A DNA stretch of 20,000 nt. Source: Vicugna vicugna. Lineage: Eukaryota. The translations under genes were made by a program, and so were the position numbers. The stretch spans positions 53,226 to 73,225 of the forward strand of contig MU057375.1 in NCBI GenBank assembly GCA_013265495.1. The letters are read 5' to 3'. This document shows, piece by piece, positions 11,352-20,000 of this stretch; the first letter of the stretch is position 1; every line of letters starts with the position of its first letter. The notes under the pieces are model-generated. The model saw only the letters and a program-made list of their open reading frames with translations, was not told the origin of the DNA and ran no database searches.

Positions 11352-11660
11352 AAAAAAAAAAAGAACATAAATACAAAACATAAGCAGATTTAAAGACATA
11401 GACTACATACTTGTGGTTGCCAGGGGTGAGGATGGGGGGAAGGGACAGACTGGGATTCAAAATTTGTAGATACTGACAGGCATATGTAGAATAGATAAAC
11501 AAGATTATACTGTATGTCACAGGGAAATATATACAAGATCTTGTGGTAGCTCCCAATGAAAATGAATGCAAAAATGAATATATGTATGTTCATGTATAAC
11601 TGAAAAATTGTGCTCTACACTGGAAATTGACACAGCATTGTGAACTGACTATAATTCAGT

Positions 11661-11697
11661 AAAAAAAAAAAAAAGAAAGAAAGAAAAAAAAAAGAAA
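11661..11697 (+). repeat. L1 poly(A) tail with GAAA interruptions
   Basis: A14 G AAA G AAA G A10 G AAA. The polyadenylation signal reads AGTAAA (11658-11663) rather than AATAAA. Confidence 0.93.
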
Positions 11698-12649
11698 TAC
11701 CAGCATAAGTCTCTTGTTTTCTTCTCCGGAGGTTGGCTGTGGTATTTGGTAAAAATTTTTTCCTTCAAGCCATAAATTCCACCCCAGTGAATGCGGTCTC
11801 TAATGTGACTCCACTTAAACTTGGCTGCCATGGTGAGGATGCTCTCTCTCTGCCTGAGAGGCACAGACACCATTCATCCAGGGCCAACTTTCCTCATGCA
11901 GTTCCTCACAGATCAGATAGGCACTGAGCATTCTCTCTTATTCTAAGGCAATCTGCAAAACCTAAGGCTTTGAGAAATTTAAGTCTCAGTTTTCCTTACT
12001 AGATGTTATTAACAAAGGCAAAGAAAGAATTACTCTGAGTGTTAACATCAGAAGTGTTTTTCAGTTCACCCACATGTACAGAGAGAACTAGATATTATTG
12101 TTATTGTTGCATCAGCATTTCACTGAGACAGTGATTTTCTTTACACTTTTGTTTAGTCATATAGGCAAACCTAAGTAGACAGTGATGTAGCAAGTAGGGG
12201 TGATAGCTGTGCAATGCTCCTTACAGGAAGGTAGGCTGTCATTTTGTCACATCAGCAGGTTCCACCTCATCTGGCTCTCTTCTCTTCTGTGACATGCATT
12301 CACATAAACAAATATTTGATTTTCACTCTTTCACTGGGTGCTAAGTTGCGCCCCTCTTCTGTGCCTGCCTGGGTGTATAAGTGGAAGTGTGCCTTGGCTT
12401 AGAGACCACATGAACATGTGTATTTTGAGTGTGTGAGTAAACTCATACAGTTTCAAAATCCTTTAGGATGCTAGGACTTATAAAAAGAAATCCAAAGAAA
12501 AATCCATGAACAAAATAGAAACTTGTTCTAACAAGTTAAGTCATAAACTTATAATTTTTAACTGTTTAATTTTATATTACATTTGCTTATAATAAGGAAT
12601 ATTGCTAGAAAAAAATTCCCATAACTTTCAATGATCTCAATTTCTTTCT

Positions 12650-12847
12650 CCTAAGGGCATTGGGGTTTGGTTAATGTTCACTAAGGGCTTCAAGTGTGGC
12701 TATACTATTTTATTTCTTAAAAAAGATACAAATCAATTATGATAAAATTTGTAAAATTTAAGAAAACTGGATGGTAAGTACATGGATATTTGTTATGTTA
12801 TTTTTTAAGTATTTTTTTCTGCTTGGAATATTTCACAATAAAATAAT
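12650..12847 (+). mobile_element. Ancient L1ME-type 3' end fragment
   Basis: AACTGGATGGTAAGTACATGGATATTTGTTATGTTATT...TTGGAATATTTCACAATAAAA resembles L1ME 3' termini as recalled. Confidence 0.7.
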
Positions 12848-15449
12848 GGAAATATACAAAGATGCTTAGATTATTCATGTTTTCCTCTTTTTCTGTTGCT
12901 ATAGAAAGTATTTATCTTTTCTGGAGTATTTAGAAAAAAACTTGGATCCCTATGGACAGTAGAGTGATCAAGAAATATGGAAAGTTACAGATGAGGTAAG
13001 GCTGGTAACTGAAATAATTTTGAAAAAGGTAGCTTGTACACACACGAGTGGACATCACAGCTGAGATGATTTGCCACACTTAACCTGTGTGCATGTGTAT
13101 GTACATAACTTTACAATGGAGAACTCTAATATCCATGGAGTACCCACTTCTTAGGATGAGACATACCCCTTCCCTCAGTGGTGAGTCTCCAACTACCAGG
13201 CCCCAGAGATTGCATGACTTTGGCCTTCTCCCCTAGCAGTGTGCATCAATGAGACATGAACTGGGAGAGACCCAGTAGCCAACATGTAGCACACCAGGAT
13301 TATTCCTGATCCATAGGCTTGTCTCTCCACACCGTCTCATTTTCTCCTTGTCCGGGTTCTGAGCTTTCCTAATACATGGCAGAGGCTTTAGTTTGAATTG
13401 ATCTACTCTCTGGGAAGCATAGGTTTAGCACAAAAGGATGGTGACTATTCTGGAGCACATGTAGATGGCTACAGTCTTCCGTAAAGTCACCAGGAGTCAA
13501 CTGTCTTCAGGGGTTATGGCTATAAGCACCTTCAGGCAAAACACCACATAACCTGGCTGTGGCCTACTTTATCCCTTGAGGTCATTAGGACATCGTATAT
13601 GAAATATGTCAATTAAAATGTAATCTAAATTCCTAACTCATACCCTATATTTACTCAACAGATGGTTCACTATAATTAAAGGCTTTATATGGAGGAATTT
13701 AGGGTTAGGAGAGACTGAGAATGGAAATCATAGTTTCCTTAACAGAACACCCTAGCTCTTAACTGATAATTCTTGAAATACAGGCATTATACTTAAGAGA
13801 ATGAGAACATAAATTATTCTGGTTTATTAAACTTGAGATTTAGGTCCAAAGCTGTGGATGATGGCAGACTACAATGATGGGAACTAAGTACATTGAGATT
13901 CAAAGGTCTTCTTAGAGAACAACTTTATTCCACCATTTCTGACATTTTTGGTCCTTGTTGTAAAGCCCAGTTCTGTTTATCCCAAATGCTCTTTCCTTTT
14001 CTGCCTCCCTTCAGAGTGGATCTTGCCAGGAGCTTTGAAACACCTGTGAGTGTGAAACACTTACCCACTGAGTGCCCAACCTTCATATGCCCCTAAAAAA
14101 ATGTACTTAGAGTAACCATTTTCATTATCAAAGTTTCCTTATTACTGAATAAACAAGGATTTTTAAAGAAAAAATTAACTAAACCACATGTGACACATTT
14201 TAAGATCTTTGATGTGACTTCAGAGAATTAACTATAGGAACACAATGTGGTGGGAGAGATACTTTGAAAGGAAGACATTAGACTTTAGGAAATCTGCAAG
14301 TATTGCCAAGTCACAGTAAAACTGATAGGAAATCAGAGTCATAAAAATAAGCTAAAATTTTAGAAGACATGTTAAGATTTTAAATATCAATATAATACAA
14401 ACATTTTTACCTGTTTATATTTCTGTTTGATCAACTCATATTTAGGTATATCTTTCTACTGATCCTTTTAAAAAAATATGCTGTTCACAAGCAGAGATGC
14501 TGTGGCTGTCCTTACATGAATGTCACATGTCTGAGTAGTATTGATATGTTTTTGTTGAGGAGGCCTGAGAATAGCATACAGACAAATAAGCAACACCCAG
14601 ACAAGCAGAAAAGGCATTGGTTTACAAGTGATGGGGCTTGAGCTTTAACCCTATTTGGTTAATCATAAAATTTGCCCAAACAGGACCTTTTGAGGGTGTC
14701 CTCAGTTTCTCAACTAGACATGATACTGGGAAGAAAGGTGTAAGCCAGAACTGTCAAGGGCAAACTGGGATTGAATGTCATCTCATCTTGTCCTCTCTGT
14801 GACCTTGGTGTGACTTGTTTCTCTAGAAGGAAATGAACTGAGTAATGCCAGGTAGTCAAACACCTGGGTCTTATCCCAACAGCGCCTTCTTCATAATTCC
14901 CCTTTGCCTGAAATGGAACTCAAAAGTGTACACAATGACAATTCCAGGCCAGGGGATTGTCCATTCCCACCTGGGATTTGGCCCCAGACTCCAGTGTGAA
15001 ATCATTTTTGTAGATGGGGATTGGATCTTGGCACTGGGTGCCTTATCATTCTATGGACGAATTTAAAGCAAGTGCAAGGGAAGGAAAGAGAGTTTCTGTC
15101 TAAGACCTAGAACTGAGAAGGGTTTATTTCCCCATCCTCAAGCCACTTATGGCCAGATAGCTTCTCCCCAGGAGCATTGACCACCAGTTGTGCAGACCAA
15201 AGAGAATTTCAAAAGGGGCTGAATCTTGAGGGAAAAAAATAGACCAATTAATAAATTGGTAAGGTTGTTGTAAATTTTCAGGCTAATATATATAATGGAC
15301 CCAGGTGAGGGCTGGCAAATAATAGGTAGTAAGTGAATGTGAGCTTTTATATTCACATTTTCATGTGGTCTTCACGTGGCCAGCTCTTAAATGTTGTTGT
15401 TTGACAGAGTCCTAATTATTGTCTTACTTATTCTTCCTGAGAAATTTCA

Positions 15450-16412
15450 TGCATCCTCTTAGCTCTAATTATTACCTCTATGCTGATGACTCCCAAATCC
15501 ACTGTTCCCAGTGCTCCTCACCTGACATCTCAGCATGGACAAGCACCTTCTGCCCATAAGTGAGTTTCTTACCTGCCCCAATCACACAGTTGTCCTGCAT
15601 CCCCAGTCCCAGCGAGTGGCACCACCAGCCCATAGTTGTCCAAAGCCAAGACCTAGGGCTTATCCTTGACTCCCACTTTCTCCACCTGTCTCCATATATC
15701 AAGACCTCTCAAGGCTGTCTCCTGCAAAAATCTTGAATGTATTCACTTTTCTCAACCCCCATCTCGCACCACTCCTAATTCTCATATGGATTTTTGAAAT
15801 AGGCTCCTGTCTGGTTTCCCTTTAATTGGCTCCCTAGAGTTCTTTCTACTCTTTGCAGCTTTGCATCTGATCCTTTGCTTCTCCCCTCCCAGAGCTCCTT
15901 ATTGACCTTTGGGCAAAGTCCACATTGCTTAAGGTGACTTATAAGGTCGCTTGTGATTTCATCTTTGCCTACTTCTCCAAACTCCCTCCCCAACCTTCCC
16001 CACTTATCAGGATCCAACTACACTGAATTTCTTTGGTTTCTCTAAGGCACATGTGCTGTCTGTTCTCCAGAGGCTTTTTCACATGCTCTATGCCTGGGAC
16101 CTCCTGCTAGCTCTTTACTGCCTGCTCCTCCTCCTCACCGAGTCCTCTCCTTACACACCCCTGCTCCCCAGAAACCTGCCCTGATCCTCCAGGTATGAGG
16201 AAGGAGCCCCTCCAAGGTTCCCATACCTCTACTCCTTTCACAGCTTTCCTTACATAGGAGAGAGATTTACCTGTTAACTTGTCCATGTTCCCCAGCAGAT
16301 TATAAGTTCCTCAAGGGCAGAGATGAGTCACTGTGGTATTTCCAGTCCTTAGAGTCACATTGGCCACATGGATGGTGTTCAATAAATATTGATCGATTGA
16401 ATGAGTGAATGA
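15450..16412 (+). mobile_element. LINE-2 3' portion
   Basis: RT relic TATGCTGATGACTCCCAAATC (YADDSQI, 15479-15499), AAGACCTAGGGCTTATCCTTGACTCC, and terminus TCAATAAATATTGATCGATTGAATGAGTGAATGA. Confidence 0.88.
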
Positions 16413-17276
16413 TTTTATTTGTTTATTGAAATGACTAAGTAAATGATTCAGGTGTGATGTATCAAGAAGATAGCCTTGTGATTGATGCACCACAGGTGCT
16501 ACCATTAGTAATGAGGGTGCTAAGCCTGGAGAAGTCTGAGGGACTTGGCGGAGGTTGGCGGTGGGTGTAGGAATAGCTGAGTCCCTCAACTATGATCATG
16601 AGCTGTCCCAGTGTAATCCAAGCAGCACAGCTGTTGGTTTCAGGATGGTTTAGAATGGTTTTAGAATGTATTAAGACTTTTTGGTAATTGTTTGCTTTTT
16701 AGATTACTTATAAAATAGATTCCTTTCTTACACATTGATAGTTGAATAAGTTATTTTAGATAGCAAGCTAAATACCAGAAATTGTGGCCTTTTAAGTTGA
16801 AAATTTGCACTGGAAAACCTGCAGAGTAGCAAAAGGCAAGTCTAAACGGGGTTGACAGAGTCTATGTCAATAGATTGCCAGTGGACTACTCAGTCCAAAC
16901 ACACTTCACTTCTCCGATTTTTCTTTTTCAGAAGAAAATGCCTGGTCTTTTAAAGGCTGTTATACATTTTTCAGTTTCATGTGTCACAAAACAAAATATC
17001 TTCTTTGTAAATAGCAGTTGGGAAGTACATACGATTTAGTAGCTCAGCTGTATAAAGCGGGCAAATTCTTTTGTCCTAAAGTTCTTTATAGGCACAAATT
17101 TTTGATGCTTTGATTTATTTTTAAAGCCAAGTTGGAATGAAAATAACTAGAAACATTTAGAGTCTAGTAATTTTTAATTCACCTTAGTTTGGCCATAGCT
17201 AAGCTAAAGTTTGTATTTATTTTTAATCTATTGAAAAATGATTTGTGGTAATAGTGTAAATCACATTATATTGGGA

Positions 17277-17326
17277 ATATATGTGTATATATATATATGT
17301 ATATAAATATATATACACATATATAT
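17277..17326. repeat. (TA)n-rich simple repeat
   Basis: ATATATGTGTATATATATATATGTATATAAATATATATACACATATATAT seen directly. Confidence 0.9.
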
Positions 17327-17436
17327 TTATTTTTAAATAATTCTGCTGTTAAAGATCACTGAAGTAGATGATCTCTATAGCAAGTTCCCTTTTGGTCTCC
17401 CCCCAACTCCAGCACATTTCTCTTTGAACAGTAATT

Positions 17437-17577
17437 TCCCATTTATTATTTTTCTCCCCCTCTGAACCATGAGTTCCTTCAAGGAAGGACCCAGTATTAT
17501 TCACCTTTGAATTCCCTGGTCTGGTATTGTACCTAGAATTTAATAAACTCTCATTAGTCTGTTAAGGAATACATGAT
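17437..17577 (+). mobile_element. L2 3'-end fragment
   Basis: CTCTGAACCATGAGTTCCTTCAAGGAAGGACCCAGTATTATTCACCTTTGAATTCCCTGG matches the L2 terminal pattern. Confidence 0.7.
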
Positions 17578-17676
17578 GAAGCATCCAAACAATCACAAGG
17601 TTAGTTTAAGCCCTTCTTATCAGCACATGAAGTTGGTAACAAGAGCTTTGTATCTTTTAAAAAAAACAATTACTAA

Positions 17677-17756
17677 TCTGTCTTGCTTCCCATTTGCTCT
17701 CCAAAGCCTATCACAATGTCTGGCAGAAAATAGGTAATTAATATATTTGTTAAATA
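17677..17756 (+). mobile_element. L2 3'-end fragment
   Basis: TCTCCAAAGCCTATCACAATGTCTGGCAGAAAATAGGTAATTAATATATTTGTTAAAT. Confidence 0.7.
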
Positions 17757-18330
17757 TTCACTGACTTCAAATTTAAAGTTTTACTAACTTATCTTCACCT
17801 TTCTCTAATGAATATGATTTTAAAATGTTTTTACTATATCTGCAATGAGTAAAATAATGAGATAGGAATGTGGCAAAATGCATCCTAGACTGGTCTGTCT
17901 CACTGTCATATTTTTACATTTTTGTTCTCTAAATATTGACAGTACTATATGCTTAGGGACTTAATTATTTACATGTGTTAAGAAATAGAGTCATTTGGGT
18001 AAAAACCACATGCTTTGCTCAGCTCTTTATCACAGGGAAGTACAAAATATAACATCTAAAGTCACTTTCCCAGTGCGGCCTTGAGGAAATTATGGTACAA
18101 TTGGTGTGAATCAAAAAAAGCTGTAACATCCTTACCAAACTCTCAGCCTTGTACCTAGGGGCATGATGTGAATAACTAGTATTGCAATACTTCCTGCTAA
18201 CTTACTTTACAAGGTGACTTGTAGTGGGAAAATATTACAAATCTTATTGCCACACTAGGGAAGGGTTTCAGTGACCAGGCCCATGTTTTGGGATTTCCCA
18301 GGCTTCAACAATACTAAGAGTTAGGGTGGA

Positions 18331-18545
18331 TTAGGTACTTAATACGTGCTACACTCTGTGGCAAGCTCTTTCCACAAATTATCTCATTTAATCCTCACTA
18401 CAAGCCTTTGGATTCTATACCATTATTTTCCCCATTTTTTTCCAGAGAGGTAAGTGAGACTTACAGTCATACACCTGACATCATCAGCAAATGAGTGGTG
18501 GAGTGTAGATTGAAAGCACTTCTGTGTAACTTGCGAGCTTTTATC
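18331..18545 (-). mobile_element. MIR SINE
   Basis: ATTATCTCATTTAATCCTCACTACAAGCCT...ATTATTTTCCCCATTTTTTCCAGAGAGGTAAGTGAGAC is the MIR core in antisense. Confidence 0.8.
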
Positions 18546-18664
18546 AGTACTTTTCTTGATGCTTAGTTTGAATTAAAATTCTGAAGTATTTCTTATTGAT
18601 CTGAAATGAAATAGTGACATCTCTATCAGTGTCAAAGAACTTATTTATCATTTATTTGTAAGGG

Positions 18665-18760
18665 ATTTTATAGTCTTAAAGATGAGAAATCAGAGGCACA
18701 CAGACAGGCAAAGTGACTTCCCTTAGATCACAGGCTATACTGGCAGAGCTTAAACCAGCA
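18665..18760 (-). mobile_element. MIR SINE core fragment
   Basis: TTAAAGATGAGAAATCAGAGGCACACAGACAGGCAAAGTGACTTCCCTTAGATCACAGG. Confidence 0.75.
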
Positions 18761-18829
18761 CTATTCATTTACCATTTGTCATTCTTCCTTAAATTTGGGT
18801 TTATTTATCATTCATCCAAACTGTGTTTG

Positions 18830-18889
18830 TTTTGCTTGGCCAGCATTCTAGGAGCTCAATATGTATTTGTTGAACAAATGAATGAATGT
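18830..18889 (+). mobile_element. L2 extreme 3' end
   Basis: TAGGAGCTCAATATGTATTTGTTGAACAAATGAATGAATG. Confidence 0.7.
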
Positions 18890-18904
18890 GTTAAGGCTGA
18901 CAAT

Positions 18905-19780
18905 ATGTCCTATATTGGCACTGAACTAAAGAGCATGTCTTTACCCTCAGGAAGCTGACAGTCTAGCAGGGGAACTTGCACAAATGCTTCCATGATCATG
19001 TGCCTGACTGCCCTAAAGGATGTTCAGTATTCAGAAGGGTATGCCAGGCAAAGCAATGGCACAGACCTGAGAAGGTCAAGGTGGACAGGGAACTACACAC
19101 TGTGTGTTGAGTGCTGCTGGAAGTAAAAGTGAAGGGGGTTGATTCTGGATGCCTTGTATGCTACATGAGAGAGTTCACTTATTCTGTTGGGAGGAGAGCC
19201 ACCATAGCATTTAAAACAGAGAAATTATATGGTCAAATCTATATTTTAGAAGGACCCCTGGGTGGTTGTGCAGTGAATCAACAAATCAACCACTTGGGAT
19301 TTATAGTCTAAAGCTAGAGAGATAATTGTGACCTGGACTAGTGCTGTTGTAATAAGGTTAGCAAGGAGGAGGAGGATTTAAGAAGTATTTAGAAGAGGTC
19401 CAGGGCTAGAGATAAAGAAGAAAAATCATTAGCTTATCAGTGGTAGTGGATACCCTAAGAATGAATGAGAGCTCAGCAGGAGAGTTTGGAGAGTTGGGAA
19501 TGAGGAAAGCTGATATTCAAGGGACAGGAAGAGGGGTGTTAAACTCCACATGATCATAGGAAGAAATAGTCATAGAGGGTGTGGTTTCTGATAAGCCAAG
19601 GAATAGGTGTTTGAAGAAGGAAAAAGTCTATAGTCTCAGCAGTGGAGACAATAGATAAACACTCATTATTCAGGATTTCTAGATGACAAAGGGGTGAGAT
19701 AGTAAATAACAGCTTAAGGAGAACCTGGAGGCAAGCGAGGGATTTTATTTTTGTTTTAAGAGGGGGAAGACTGTAGCAAG
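18905..19780 (-). mobile_element. Degraded LINE-2, antisense
   Basis: Purine-rich, with antisense L2 motifs CCCTCAGGAAGCTGACAGTCTAGCAGGGG, GGATGCCTTGTATGCTACATGAGAGAGTT, TATATTTTAGAAGGACCCCTG and GACCTGGACTAG. Ends are approximate. Confidence 0.7.
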
Positions 19781-20000
19781 GACACAGGCTGAAGCCAATA
19801 AGAAGCAGAGGTTGAAGACAGAGAAAACGTAAGTCCTCTGACTCCTCACCCAAGAGTTCTTATTCACAGTCTCAGCTGCCTGGAACCAAAATTAGTTTTA
19901 TGTTTGAGTCTTCTAGGATACATCAGAGTAGTCCCCCTTGTCTAATAATGTTCACATTTCCTACCATCTCAGAAACTCTTTTCAAACACTAATGAATTCT

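Larger units (their letters stand above)
4669..11697 (+). mobile_element. Full-length (~7.0 kb) LINE-1 retrotransposon, inactivated; lineage-specific family, probably camelid-type
   Basis: The 5' end reads GAGGAGGGGCCAAGATGGC. It is followed by a CpG-retaining 5'UTR, ORF1 and ORF2 homology (EN, RT and CCHC motifs), a 3'UTR ending ...AAATTGTGCTCTACACTGGAAATTGACACAGCATTGTGAACTGACTATAATTCAGT, and an A-rich tail. Confidence 0.97.

Noticed and set aside
6473..11593. Hydrophobic minus-strand ORFs (e.g. 7518-8057, 10289-10849)
   Set aside because: These are the well-known antisense shadows of A-rich L1 coding sequence.
11698..12850. L1 3' transduction explaining the missing TSD
   Set aside because: No second poly(A) followed by AAGAGCAGCACATTCT was seen downstream. 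The AATAAA near 12837 belongs to an old L1ME end.
17277..17326. Near-palindrome that could be a hairpin or miRNA
   Set aside because: Self-complementarity is intrinsic to TA-rich simple repeats.
1..20000. Prokaryotic systems (CRISPR, retron, operons) suggested by the RT motifs
   Set aside because: The sequence is clearly mammalian. Both YADD motifs belong to LINEs (L1 and L2), and there are no repeat-spacer arrays.

Overview
Mammalian genomic DNA, probably camelid or another cetartiodactyl judging by the L1 3' end (recalled, not searched). There is no intact protein-coding gene, and the window has three parts. (1) 1-4668 is GC-rich and holds a decayed, intron-bearing copy of the 5' end of GRID1 (glutamate receptor delta-1): a CpG-stripped promoter/5'UTR, the 79-nt coding exon 1 with ATG changed to CTG, a splice donor and about 1.46 kb of presumed intron 1. 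(2) About 4669-11697 is a full-length but inactivated LINE-1 on the + strand with 5'UTR, ORF1, a 400-bp spacer, ORF2, 3'UTR and A-tail. (3) 11698-20000 is AT-rich and contains ancient L1ME, L2 and MIR fragments, with no recognisable GRID1 exon 2. The L1 lacks a matching target-site duplication and joins compositionally different flanks. This suggests it marks a rearrangement or duplication junction, or an assembly misjoin, that truncates the GRID1 copy.
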